NCBI GenBank assembly: GCA_964016885.1
Contig: OZ024741.1
Span: forward strand, 354,516,001-354,580,000
DNA: 64,000 nucleotides
Direction of reading: 5' to 3'
From: Eledone cirrhosa
Taxonomy: Eukaryota
The notes beneath the pieces were generated by a model, which made no database searches, had not been told where the DNA came from, and saw only the letters and a program-made list of their open reading frames with translations. This document shows positions 50,544-62,922 of the stretch, in pieces (the first letter of the stretch is position 1; each line of letters starts with the position of its first letter). Made by a program: the position numbers and the translations under genes.

Positions 50544-53500
50544 TTATATATCATGATGATGATGATGATGATATATATATATATAGGAAAATGTTTAACC
50601 CCGACACAGTTTCTCTCTCAACTCATCTATGCTTGGTCATTCACACACATTGACATTACACATCCAACGGAGCATGCTTGCTTCACTTCTCTCCACCTGT
50701 CGCATATCCTCTGCAGTTGCTGCCTATGTCTCACTACCATGCAGCATCGCGCATCTCACACAGGCATCATATAACCGGCCTTTCGTATGCAGGGAGAAAC
50801 CCTTCTTTGTCAACAGAGGCAGCAGCTCCCTAAACTTCATATATATAACATCACCGTTATAAAAATGCAAAAGGATGATGATGAATATATATCTATATCT
50901 ATCTATCTATCTATCTCTCTATATATATAGGTGTTAAGGTGCAAGTTAATTGTGTCCGTATGCAGTATGCCAGGTGAGCACTCGATACTCTTGGGGAGCA
51001 GAGTATCAATAGTATTAATATATAAGGGAACAAAGAATCAGCGTTGCATCATATACATATTTAATTACATATTACATATGTTTCACTGTCGATCATCTTG
51101 AGGAACGATCTATTAATGATCGAACCTGACTCTGGAACCGGAAGCTCCTCAGATATGTTTTAATATGTAGGCTCATGAACCTACATATTAAAACATCATC
51201 ACCATATGATGACTGTTTTTCTTTGCTGAGGCTTGACATGTCAAATGACTGCACCTTGCTCATATGTTCCATTTTGACTTGGTTTCTATAGCTGGCACCA
51301 CCACTACCACCTGATAGAGTGAACTGAGTGCTTTTTCTCATGGCACCAGTACTACCATTTGAGAGAGTGGGCTGGGTACATTTATTGTACCACCAGCAAT
51401 ACCACTTTACAATATGGGCTAAGTACATTTTATTGTTGAACTAACACTACTATTTTCAATATCGGGGCACTTGTGTCTTTGACTAGGCTGTGGGACAGGC
51501 TATATATTACTTGTTGAGAGGAAAAGGAAAAGTGTTGTAAGTGATGTCTGGTGATACATTGTGAGGTGCACTTGTCTTTGCTTGATGGCATGATTGGATA
51601 AAGAACTGGGAGGAGGGGGATCAGGGAGGAGAGGGATACTAAAATGGTAGATGGGGAGATCAAGAATATGTATGTTGGGAGAAGACTGAGAGGTTAGATA
51701 AAGGTGTAGGGTGAGATGGACTGGTCATATTGGCAGGAGGAGAAGACCTATACACACACACACAAACACACATTCACGTGATTAAACTTTGATTATTCAA
51801 ATGAGGCAGATAGGCAGTAGTTTGTTCAGATAACTTATCTGATCAGAAACAAAAGAAGTCACACTGAACATAATTACATAAAATAACATATTTATGACCC
51901 AGACACTGTAAAATCTCGCCTTTGTGTTTGATTGTTAATAGTGTTTACTTTTGTTTCTCAGACATGCTGATAACAGGAACAAACATTCACTTCACTTCAC
52001 TTTTCCCTTGATTCACCAATGTCATGGAAGTGTTGTTTATGTTGTGTATCTTAGGCAAATGTAGCCAGGTAGGGCCTATTCCTCTCCAGCTAATAGATAT
52101 ATACACTCAGAAAAAAATATGAAGGTTCCATAATTTTGCTATGCTTTTAACCCTTTTAATACCAACCTGCCTCAAACCACCTCTGGTTCTATGAAATAAA
52201 ACTGGTCATTTTGAAAGGTTCTTATTTAAATTAACCCCCCCCCCCCCCCCCCAAAAAAAAAACGAAACAAACATAACAGTGAAATAATTAATAATTTTAA
52301 TAACTTCCTCCAAATTCTTTATCAATTAATTCAAATACAGTGTTTTTCATTAGAAATATGGTCACAAAAGAGTTAAGTCTTTTGACTTTGCCAGTCATTT
52401 ATAAATGTCAAAATTATTTTAACAATTTTTAACTCTTTTGATACCAAACTGGCCAAAACTGCTCCTGGTTTGATGAAACAAAATCACCATTTGAAAGGGT
52501 TATTTAAATAATTTGACTGTAGGGCTAGGGTGCCAGAAGTGCAAGGGAGGTCTTGCCAGAAGCGAGGGATCAGTGATGTCACATCAGAAGTTTGCATGGT
52601 TTTTTGGCCTCTCTTTGGTAAGGAAGCTGTACCACAGGAACGTGTGTGTTCATGACTGCTATGAATGAGTGTGTGAGGCTTGCTATATTCCTTGGCTGGA
52701 TGTAAAACAGGTGAACATCCACGCAGGGAGATTCAGTCTGGACATTGGCATAAGAAGTTGTTATTAAGTTATATGACAAATACCATCTTAATTCTTAAAT
52801 AATTAATAATTTTAATAAATCCCTCAAAATTCTTCATTAATTGATTTAAATACAGTGTATTTCATTGGAAATGTAATCACAAAAGGATTAAAGGGACCCA
52901 CTAAAATCAAACTAGCAGACTAACCAACATTTGGTATTTTTCAGAACTGTAATAAAGTCACAATTCTCACACCATGTCAGTAATACTTCTTTCGTGAAAT
53001 ATTTATACATGTTCTTCAATAATTTGAATTCTCTTTTTGGATGATCATGTGAAAACCTCATCAGTGCTGGTGTTACAATTACATGCACCAAATCTACTCT
53101 GTAAAGTGGCAGTGTTGGTGTCATGATAAAATGCACCCAGTCCACTTTATAAAGTGGTAGTGCTGCTGCCACTAAAAAAAAAAAAAGATCGCACCCAGCG
53201 TACCCAGTAATGTGGTTGGTGTTAGGAAGAGCATCTAGATGTATAGAATGTATGAGGAAGACGTTGTCACCTGACCTGCCAAGCTTCTGAACATAACTTT
53301 ATCTAACATGGAAAGCAATTGTAAAAATGATGAATATGATGATAATGATGACGATGATGATGATGATGGTTATGACAGTGGCAGTGAGGAAGATGACGAT
53401 TTCAAGCTCAGATTACACAAAATATTGTTAATTAAATAAAGGAAGTTGATATTCTGTTTGGATAATCTGAAATTCAGATGACTGAACATAATTTATCTGC

Positions 53501-55081
53501 CAACATGAAAAAAATTGGATGGAAGATGATGATGATGTATTTTTGATATTTCATTCTAGTGTTAACTTGCGACCAGGACTTGTATCTAAAGCAACAAGTC
53601 GCCAATACCAACTCGAGAAAGCAACAAAAGAGGCCAACAAACAGAACCATTTGAAAAGAAAGAAAGTGAAAGAAAGTGAAAAAGAAAGACGAACAGAAGG
53701 TTTAAGTGTAAAGCTCAGTGAAGATAATAAAGGATTTGCCTTATTACAGAAAATGGGTTATAAACCAGGAATGTCATTGGGCAAAGAAGGTTTGTAGATG
53801 TCCATAATCTTTTCTAATTTTTGTTTTTGTCGGAGTAAAGAGGATATTTTTTTTAAATTTCAAAATTGACAATATTTTTGTTTATTGTTAGCGTTTCTCT
53901 CAAATGACACAATTGAATCAAGTTGACTGTAATTATACACCAAATAAACTATTGCACGAAGTGTGTTGTTCTACTCTAACCATAACCACTGATCTTATAG
54001 GGTACTTGTACCTATTTTACATTGTTCTGAAGCCCTCCCACTGAGCACCAAGGCTTGTTTTAGTGGTCATCAACTAGGCCCCACAAGCTCAAGAAATACA
54101 TCTCTTCTAACACCTGTTTTCTAAAGTTGCCACAATGAACAAATGTTGCAATTTGTAAAGCTATATGTAGAAAGGGGCTGGAAATGCACATTGGCCAACT
54201 GCTCTATTCACAGCACAGTTGTTTGTGAGCATACATCATTTATCAGGTAAAATGTTCTGATTTCAGCTGATGCTATATCAGCAGAACTTATATCTGCACA
54301 TACAAATCAATGAATAGCTCCACACACATGCCTCATCAATTAAAGAAAACAACCAGGTACCCGGACATGACTGTTACCATCAGAGTCACAACCAAAATAT
54401 TGGGAACTTGTGGATTAATGAGGCAATATTCATGAAACAATCCAATCCATCATAAATATCTGATATGAATTGCACAAAGCACTTTGACTGCTCTAGCTCT
54501 CTCACCAGCAAATACAAAATACAGCTGCAGTATACTGTACTTTACACACACACACACAGTATTTACCTCATCATATAGACAAGGAACTCTATGCTTTGTT
54601 CTCTTTGTCTATGAGCTTTGGGGGCCAAAATATCAAGATTATTGAATATTTTAAAGTAAAAGTTTAATCATTGTGTTTATTTATATTTGATACATTCCCA
54701 ACTACCATACTGTCACTTTTTAAATTGTTTTTAAGGTATAAACATTTTACTTTGGTTTCTAATTTGGTGCCCCTCATCTGAGTCAAAATATCATTGGTTT
54801 AGTATTCCAGTATGAGTGAGACACGGTCACCCAACCAACCTTGCCTCAAGTGGGACAACTCCCGTCTAACCCATGCTAGCGTGGAAGATGGATGTTAAAC
54901 AAAGATGATGATGATGATGATGAAAGCCTATGAATTAGCGGAATCATTAGAATGTTGGATATAATGTTTTGTGGTATTTGTTCCAGCTCTCTGCACTCTA
55001 AGTTCAAAACCTGCCAAGGTCAACTTTGTTTTTCATCCATTCGAAGTGGATAAAAATAATATCATTCCTATACTGGAGTTG

Positions 55082-55159
<78 letters not shown>

Positions 55160-57179
55160 ACTACATCACCCCTACGACTTCATCAATATTATGGGTCCAC
55201 ACATACAATATGACCAGAAGTAAATTGATTATATATTTCCTTCTCTTCTTACAATATACAGGCCTCATTCAATAGATTGTTTTTGTACTTTGTATTGATT
55301 ATCACCACCATCATCATCATCATCATAGTTGAGTGTTCATTTTCCCTGCTAGCAAGGTTTGAACTAATTGTGGATGATTATAATATTTGATTTTATTATA
55401 AAGGTCAAGGACGTTCAGAACCAGTCCCCATCACTGTAAAAACCAACCGAGAAGGCCTTGGATTAGCAACTAAAAGAAAAGAACAGTTAGCAGAAATTAA
55501 TCAGTTTCGTGAAATGATAAAAAAGAAGCATCAAAAACTCCAAGGAAACTTCATGCAACGGATGAGTGAAAAGTTCAGTGAAAAGGAAATAGAAAAAGAC
55601 TTAGAAAATAGTCAAAAGGTCTGTGACGAACTTGATGGTAAAGCAGTAAGTAGTTTCAACTTTATACTTTGCCCAAGAAATATCTTAACTCTTAATGACC
55701 TGTATTGCATGAAAAGTACAAAACAACACTTATGACTGCATTAGATTAAAAAATTAAAGTCTTTACTTCAGTTTACTACAAATTTTCAGACCAATCTGTC
55801 TACTAGTAAAGATACTATAAACATTTGAATTAACAAATTTGTTTTTAAATATTTTCTGCTAAATCATTACAGTATGTTAATATCTATTTCATTTGTTAGA
55901 TTTAAAAAAAATATTTTTTCATTTTATTTTGCTAATATTGGCTTATAATTGGTTTATCTAACATGATTGGTGGGAATGGTAGTAATACATGTAAGAGCAT
56001 AACAGGAAAGAGCAATATCGTAATAATTTCAACAAATTTGTTTTTATTTTAGGTCAATATGTTTATTTAATCTGTTGATTGCTGCATTTATTTTACACAG
56101 CTACAGTTGCTGTGCTAGGTTTTTTAAAATTAAAATGACTATTTTTTTAAACAAACATTTATTAACAACACATATCTGAATGATTGACAAATGTCACATC
56201 AATAAACTAGTAATCCCATCTAGCTTTGAAGTTATGAACTGTTGGAAAAGAGTTCAAACATGTTAAGACGAGTTATCTCGTCTGTGGCACTGGAATGCAT
56301 AGATGTTAGGATGAGTTATCTCGTCTACAGCACCGAAGAGGTTAATATAATTCAAACTGTAGATATCAATATTTTGACAGTGTTCCATGTTTTCTTCTTC
56401 TTTACTTGAGAGGCTCAACAGTAAAGTATTCTTGGAAAATTCTTAGGAAGATTAGTTTTAAAGTTCAGGAATTCCATATGAAGAAACACTATCTAGAGAA
56501 GAATTGTATTAGTTGATTATTATTTTTTTTTCCTGCTAATGTTAATGAAAATGCACATAACATTGTCCAATTCTTCACTTGTTTTTCACTAATCTTCAAA
56601 AGTAAAATCTCTTTCTTACTGCATTCAAATATACATACACATGCAATCACTGTAGCATATATTTTCATACCTTGCGTGTCTGTGAAATATATTCATCATG
56701 ATCATGATGATGAGCATCATTACCATAGTTTTTATGTTGATTTTTCCGTGCTGGCTTGGGTTGAACAAAACTATTTGAGGCAATGTTTTACAGTTGGATG
56801 CTCTTCCTGATGCCAACCCTTTTAGTCACTCTTTATGACACGCAGAGATTATATGTATATATATGTCCCACCCTTGCAAGCAGGGAAAAGCGGACGTAAA
56901 ATGAAATGATGATGTGTATGTATATACCGGTTTCACAGTTCTTATGCTTTTCAAAAGTAGAATTGAGATGGAAGGTTTGTGGTTTTTATCATCATCACCA
57001 TCATCATCACCATTTAGCATCCACTTTTCCATGTTTGCATGGGTTAGACGGGTCGTCCAAGCTGAGAAGCGAGTCTGGCCAGCATTGGCCACACTGTACC
57101 TTGCTTCGACGAGGACTATAAATTTTGCCCCAGTATTTTACAGCTGGATGCTCTTCTAACACCAACTACATTTACAGAA

Positions 57180-57211
<32 letters not shown>

Positions 57212-60200
57212 TCTCTCTCCCTCTCTCTCTATATATATATATATATCATACAAATATGCCTCATCTGGCTGTAATTCAGTCTCAAAACATCCCATCGAAT
57301 CCATGGCAACATGGAAAAGTGGATGTAAAAACGCTGATGATGATGATGTGGGTGTATGATAAAGATATACTTTTAGTAATCAAAATCAACAGACATTAAT
57401 TGATGTTTAAATATATTTTATTTTATTCTTTCAGAAAATCACAGAACCAATAGACTGGTTCTATTGGCCACTCCATCGATTAGAGCAGAAATTAGCTGAT
57501 GAAAGTGATGAAGAACTCGAAGAAGAGAAACCAATTTTAGATATTTATACTGTAAGTTATGTTCCAATTAGTGGCTTCTTGTGGTTTATTTAAATTTGGT
57601 CAGGTTCTGATTTCACTGACATTTGCCACATATATGACCAAATTAATGCTGACCATCAAATTCAACATAATAAGACTTGATATAACTTCCATTCTCTAAA
57701 GATAAATTCATGATGACTGGATATAAATCCAAGAATTCTGTCACAGAAATTATTTAGTGTAAAATAGTGATTTCCAAACAGTTATATAAACTTTCCATTT
57801 GGTTATAACACATTATTAGTGTGAATTAACTGTTATTTTAATGTAGATATTAGATATTAATTCTTTTGGTACCATACCACCTGAAACTGCCCTTGGTTCT
57901 GTGATATAAATCTATTAATTTTAAAGTTATGTTTAACTAAGACCTTCCAGCATAGATTTACATAAGCACCTTTGAAAAGCCTTTACTCATGACATATGTC
58001 CTCTTTCCATGCTAGCATGGGTTGGGTGGGTTGTCATGGTCTGAGACTAGATGGGCCAGAGAGAGACCTCATGCATGGTTTCTATGGCTTGATGCCCCGC
58101 CTAACACCAACCAACCACCTTACATGGTGTATTGGAGGAGTTTTATCATCAATACCACTTTATAGAGTGAACTAAGTGCATTTTATTGTGGTTCCAGCAC
58201 TACCACTTTACAGAGTTACTAGGTGCATTTTATTGTAGTACCAGCTCTAGAGAGGTTATCATATGCTCAACCAAACTGAAAAGTCCTCTCTACCCTATAT
58301 TATCTTCATTTGATTCTCAACCCCATTACAGAGTTTACTGAGTGCATTCTCTCATGGCACCAATGTTGTCTTGGTGTGTTTACTTAATACTTTAAATGAA
58401 AACCCTCAGCTGTGTTAAAGATATGACAACCTCTCCTGTGCGCTCAGTAGAATGAGATAAAATTGTACATAAGCGAGATGCAAATCTCAGGCCTGTCTGG
58501 GAGATGAGTAACCCTGCTTCAGTACTGACTTGGTTTATGTAGACCTGTCCAACTCTTGCTAGCAGGGAGAGCAGACATTAAAAGGATGATATATATATAT
58601 ATACCCAATATGAGTATCTTAAAATTTTCTATTTTTCTGGTGCCTAAAATATTTTTTTATCTTTATATACAATTTAAACAAATTCACAGACACACTACAA
58701 ATCACTGCAAGGAAAGTAGCTTTGTTGTTTAGCCCTTCCACTCACATGATGTCACTCATCCCGTTACTTCTGGCATGCCACCCATAACCCAACACACCCC
58801 TCCAATCTAAAGATTCCCTCATACACCCTCACTCTATGCTGAAGTCTACCAAATAATACATAACTTGAATAAAGAATCTGTAACATCAGAAGATTTTGAA
58901 ATATCTATTGACAGTTTAGTAACAAATAACACCTAAAGATATAAACCCTCTGGCTGTGCTTGAAGGTACAATAAAACTATATTGACAAATGAAAGAGGAT
59001 TATATGGTGGGGAGGGGATTATATGGTAGATGTGGCAATTGAGATTACAAGAGGAATCAAATGTAGTGTTCCAAATAAAGGACTGTGCTGGTATGGACAT
59101 GTGATGCATATGGATGATGATTGCTAGGCGAAGAAGTGCCAAGAGTTCTCAGTGGAAGGAAACTGCAGGAGAGGAAGGCCAAGGAAGACCTAGACAGAAG
59201 TGATGAAAGCAGACTTGCTGAACCTGGCAGAGAAAATGATGAAAGAACACAATATAAAGAGGGAAACAATGCAGGAAAAGATATATCCAGCCTATGCAAG
59301 CATGGAAAAGTGGACAAAAGGATGATGATGATGGTGGTAGAATAATACTGTGGGAATAGTGTAGATAAATATGGTGGCATGATTTGTAGCAACTGAATTT
59401 TGTATATTGTTCATGTGTTTATCAATAAATCTTTACTACATATCTTTGTTTATATATATCAGTCTGAAGAAAAACTGGAAATGGTGATTAACTATCTAAG
59501 AAACACCTATTTTTACTGCTTATGGTGTGGAGCAACTTTTGATAGTAAGTAAAATTCTGTATTCAAAACTGGGTAAAGGAGCTGTTTCCACAAAGGCTTC
59601 TTGTCATTAACCCTTTCATTCCATATTTTTATTGAAATTCACTATATTTGAATTAATTAATGAAGAATTTGGAAAGCCTTAATAAAATGATTAATTATTT
59701 CATTATTTGGCTGGCATTTGTAACATAATTTAACAAAAATTTATATAAGAATCCTTTAAAATGGGTTGTTTTGTTTTATAGAACCAGAGCTGATTTTGTG
59801 TGGGTCGGCATCAAAAGAGTTAAAACAATTAGTATTACAAAGGTTGTATTTGGAATGAGTAACTATAGAGTACCTGATTCCTGGTTTTAAAACTATGTGA
59901 TTTTGACCTTTCATATCACATATTGAACTTTTTCTGTGAATTCTTGGTGTTCTTAGATTAATAAACAAGCCTTCAATAATCACTTCTTAAAAGTGACAGC
60001 CAAATCAGAGAGATCAATGTTACTGGGTGATGGATTGCCAAATAAAATGCTATTGCATTATTTGTTTTGGCTCTTTACATTCTGAGTTCAACTACCGCTG
60101 AGGTCCAGTTTTCCTTTCATCTTTCTGGGGTTTATAAAAGAAAGTACCAGTCAAGTACTCAGGTTGATTTAATCAACTTTGCCCTAATTTGCTGCTCATG

Positions 60201-62044
60201 TACCTAAATAGTGAAGACATGACCTAGTGGCATGGGTGTTGGACTTACGATTGTAATATTGTGGGTTCGGTTCCAGGGCTGGGTTATGTGTTGTGTTGAG
60301 CAAAACACTCCATTTCATGTTGCTCCAGTACACTAAGCTGAAAATGAGTACCAGCAATAGCTGACGATTTAACCCTGCGATGGACCTGTGTTCTGTCCAG
60401 GGGGAAGTCTTGTACTCTCTGTCACTTCATGCCACAGAACTGGGATAAGCACCGGCCTGACAAGCCTCCTGGCTTGAGACAGACTTTAGATGTACCTAAA
60501 CTGGGAATCAATGTTACTATTACTTCTTATTATACTATACTTAATTATTATACTATTACTTAATATTATCCAAAATTACACACTAAATACTATTAAAACA
60601 TTCCATAAGACTGGGATAATGTAGCACTTGACATCTTGTGAAGTTACATTTCAAAAACGTTTGCAGTCCACTAACCTTTTGATGTCAACTAGCTGAACAC
60701 TGTTCAGCATCGCTTCTAAATCCACCAAGCAGTTCATTGATCAAAGCTTATTAAAAATTTCTTTTGGCACAGTCCTTAAAGATTCCAGACCAGCCTGTGT
60801 ATCCTGGCTACATTTCTTTTAATGCCAAACTGCCTGAAACCATCCTGGCTTTATGATACAACACTACCCATCTTAAAATGTTCAGACTTATATTAAAAAT
60901 TTCCAACATGATTTAAGAACATTTTACGTAATGTTCCAAACATCAGCTTAATTATTAAAAAGTTAGTTGTTTTATTAAATTCTTTCCAATTCTTTGTTAT
61001 TTTCAACATTTATTGAAACATATTGGTAATATATTTCATTAGAAATATGGTATCAGCTCTCTGTTTGAATGGGTAAAAATGATTGAACTTCTGATATAAC
61101 ACAACAATCAGGTGGTGTCATTGAGTTAGTGATAGCTTGGACTGCTACTAATCAAAACTTTTTTAATGTTATCTGAGGACTTAATGAGGTTTTATGACTG
61201 GTTTTACTAATCATAAGTTTTGAGGTTAAGATGCTTATGTTTCTAACAATACAATGGTTAGATCAAACTTTACTGCTGTGTCCTTGAGAAAAGTACATCA
61301 TGATTGAAGAACTAATTTTGATCTTGTTTAGTCCTTTTCGTACCAACTCACTCAAACCTACTCCAATTTTGACAAACCTCTTGTTTTAAAATATTCATAT
61401 TTAAAAAAAATGTTATGATTAAGCTATGTACTAAATGCCGGCTTAATAAAATGGTTAGTTATTTTACTAAATTCTTTCAAACTGTTAATTATTTACAAAA
61501 TTAATTGAAAAACAGATGGCATATTTTATTAAAAATAGGGTAATGAAACGGTCAAAGAGAAATTTTGTATTGCAGATCTTTCCAGGAAATTACAGCATAG
61601 AAACACAAATGATAAAAATTGTGCTAGCAGAGAAAGCACATGCAAAACAATGATGATGCCACTAAATAGGGAGGCCTCCTGAAGTATCATTCATGGGACT
61701 GGGCCTCTGTTTTATCTGGAGGTGGGCCTCTACTGTCCCTAATGTATCCCAGGTTTTATCTAGTAGTGTTTTTTGGAGGATTTTTTAAGACTACCAGAAA
61801 AGTATATATTCAGAGATCAGAGAGAAAGACATTATGAAAATTGAACAGATGTACGTACATAAGAGGGGGATTAAATCTCAATGAAAGTGAGCCAATGGAT
61901 GGGAAGACTATTTCCTTGACAATAATAAATATTCAATCTCATATAAATCTCCAAAACTAACCATGTTTTTCTGTTTATTGTATTTCAGATATAAAAGACA
62001 TGGATGAAAACTGTCCTGGAAATACTCGCTCTGCTCATGAATAA
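35538..62044 (+). CDS. GPATCH11: G-patch domain-containing protein 11 (CCDC75), join(35538-35593,53560-53789,55404-55645,57435-57551,59463-59544,61989-62044), 260 aa
   Basis: All introns GT-AG with matching phases; 783 nt open frame; EEDDYMSD N-terminus, G-patch [59 protein letters not shown]..H C-terminus typical of GPATCH11. Confidence 0.95.
35840..36150 (+). mobile_element. Merlin (IS1595/ISXO2-like) DNA transposase fragment
   Basis: TIVNWYDYFRDIC then VGRNGIVVETDESKF..HNRGR..GHWDLGVVE..LVIVSDRS..TLLSII*..VLPDTCIITDRWSA. Confidence 0.8.
36496..36570. repeat. Compound (TA)n(GA)n microsatellite (other long arrays: (CA)n 19003-19034, (TA)n 19519-19571 and 50473-50541, (CT)n 55084-55156 and 57180-57245)
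   Basis: Directly visible. Confidence 0.95.
37150..42243 (-). mobile_element. Old near full-length RTE/BovB-like LINE, heavily mutated, split by a younger RTE at 39074-40829
   Basis: NFGFWNLR, YVISETRL, LVSCYAP, WHMIDYVI, KHQSWFDE, VFVDLTKAFD, TKQGC, LLFADD, HRWAGHV, C-terminal CTKC. Confidence 0.88.
39074..40829 (+). mobile_element. 5'-truncated RTE LINE (PHD-finger family) nested in an older RTE, GACTG target duplication
   Basis: ORF 38995-40323: MQFGFVSG, FVDLEKAF, GVHQGS, LLYADD, CSVC..CPKC..HKRC..CGRC; (GAT)n tail; gactg at 39069-39073 and 40830-40834. Confidence 0.92.
42420..43495 (+). mobile_element. Degenerate RTE (PHD-family) 3' part, preceded by an inverted RTE tail stub at 42298-42400
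   Basis: PSWKCPVQC, YLGDQISSGGRCS, MFRWMC..LWWYGNVMHM; tail ctagcgtggaaaaatggatg..gatgatga. Confidence 0.85.
43542..43833. repeat. ~100-bp inverted duplication centred on (TA)n plus an RTE 3' tail stub
   Basis: aaactatttcagtatgatgataagaaatgc..catattttcatatata / tatatgaaaatatg..gcatttctcatcatcatactgaaatagttt; centre cccacccttgcaagcagggaaaagcagacgtaaaaatgatga. Confidence 0.9.
44555..45735. repeat. Two copies of a ~190-bp interspersed repeat in inverted orientation (44555-44750, 45540-45735); a third partial copy near 9290-9400
   Basis: tggaagaaatc(t/a)gctgtgttca..tggaga..tttaaaatgccc shared on opposite strands. Confidence 0.7.
47090..47865 (+). mobile_element. Degenerate RTE ORF2 fragment (pre-RT to RT start)
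   Basis: GKANGQSGIVAEMFK, IVNCYKGKCDSLDKCNYRGIKLLDQV, LDEMQF. Confidence 0.85.
49734..50305 (-). mobile_element. Internally deleted Tc1/mariner-like element
   Basis: LMAAIKDAMANRNKDTITKAYSNFQSCLEKVVA resembles a mariner/Tc1 transposase C-terminus; short cagtgtg / cacacta ends next to TA. Confidence 0.45.
50600..50840 (-). mobile_element. Internal RTE fragment closely similar to 1965-2200, embedded in TA repeats
   Basis: catccaacggagcatgcttgc..cagggagaaacccttctttgtcaacagagg..cagctccctaaacttc shared almost letter for letter. Confidence 0.85.
51055..51168 (-). ncRNA. Type I hammerhead ribozyme motif (Penelope-like/retrozyme type)
   Basis: Minus strand: acatat-CUGAGGA-gcu..ucgaucau..augaucga..agu-GAAAC-auau-GUA-auaugu; all core nucleotides present, stem I acauau/auaugu, short palindromic stem III. 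Confidence 0.65.
53560..53789 (+). CDS. GPATCH11: GPATCH11 coding exon 2 (start of G-patch)
   Basis: ttctag|T; [29 protein letters not shown]|gtttgt. Confidence 0.95.
54150..54480 (+). mobile_element. Possible Penelope-like GIY-YIG endonuclease C-terminal remnant
   Basis: LWINEAIFMKQSNPS resembles the L...EA..I....P.LN terminus of PLE ORFs; very degraded. Confidence 0.35.
55404..55645 (+). CDS. GPATCH11: GPATCH11 coding exon 3
   Basis: ataaag|GT; [35 protein letters not shown]; |gtaagt. Confidence 0.95.
57435..57551 (+). CDS. GPATCH11: GPATCH11 coding exon 4
   Basis: ctttcag|; KITEPIDWFYWP..DESDEELEEE..IYT; |gtaagt. Confidence 0.92.
59463..59544 (+). CDS. GPATCH11: GPATCH11 coding exon 5
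   Basis: atcag|; [27 protein letters not shown]; A|gtaagt. Confidence 0.95.
60209..60489 (+). mobile_element. CORE-like SINE nested in the 3' end of a Meta-core SINE, 11-bp TSD
   Basis: TSD atgtacctaaa at 60198-60208 and 60490-60500; same body as 11885-12160. Confidence 0.82.
61989..62044 (+). CDS. GPATCH11: GPATCH11 last coding exon
   Basis: tttcag|AT; IKDMDENCPGNTRSAHE*; TAA at 62042-62044. Confidence 0.95.
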
Positions 62045-62671
62045 GTACTAAATAATCTGAACCACCTTACTATTTTTTTACTGACCAGCTCGTTATTATA
62101 TTTAGTATTAAGGGTGAGTTGGCAGAATTGATAGAGCATCAGATAAAATGTCATTGCAATATTTGTTCTGGTGTTTTACATTCTGAGTTCAAATCCTGCT
62201 GAGATCAACTCTGCCTTTCATTCTTCCAAGGTCAATAAAATAAAGTACCAGTAATGCACTGGAGTTGATTTAATCAACCCCTCCCTCAAATTTTTGGCCC
62301 TGTGCCAAAATAGAAACAGTTATTATATGTAGTATTAAAATGAACATTCAGAGGATAAGACAAGTGGTTATTTTAAGATGCATTTTGATGGGGGAAAATG
62401 TTTCTTATACTTTGAAAAATATGGTTTATTGCCAATGCCTTAAGAAATACATGAATGACACAAATTTAATTCTTACCTTTTGTATGGCTTTGTGCTTGAG
62501 TAAAAAATCAATAAATACAATTAACACTTGCTAGCAGAGAAAATAGACATTAAATGATGATCATGATGGTGAATTGATTGACATTGCATCTGCAACTGAT
62601 TTTCATATGAGAACTTCACAACAAATATTAATTTGCATATAAAAAACACTTTCATAACATTTACAACCTTT

Positions 62672-62677
62672 AATAAA
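62672..62677 (+). terminator. Candidate GPATCH11 polyadenylation signal
   Basis: AATAAA followed by a second AATAAA and T/GT-rich sequence; other AATAAA hexamers occur at ~62234 and ~62509. Confidence 0.35.
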
Positions 62678-62857
62678 GTTTAAAAAATAAAAATAATATT
62701 TCAGTTTGTGTTAATTGAAATTTTAATTTATTGTATTTATTCCCCCATTTAGGTTCTGTTTTACAATAAATTGATTGTTTTATTCAGGTTTGTAACAACA
62801 GTAGTTGTATGACTTCCTTTTCTTTTATTGGTTTTGTCTGGAGGAAGTTACAGTGCT

Positions 62858-62922
62858 TATGGCCTCTGCTCTCTATGGCCTTTGCCCTCTATGGCCTTTG
62901 CTATCTATGGCCTTTGCCATCT
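62858..62922 (+). repeat. 16-bp tandem repeat x4
   Basis: tatggcct(c/t)tgc(t/c)(c/a)tc units. Confidence 0.8.

Noticed and set aside
53519-53559. MEDDDD start of ORF 53519-53797 as the GPATCH11 N-terminus
   Set aside because: Derived from an intronic (GAT)n tail before the acceptor at 53559; the conserved EEDDYMSD exon is at 35538
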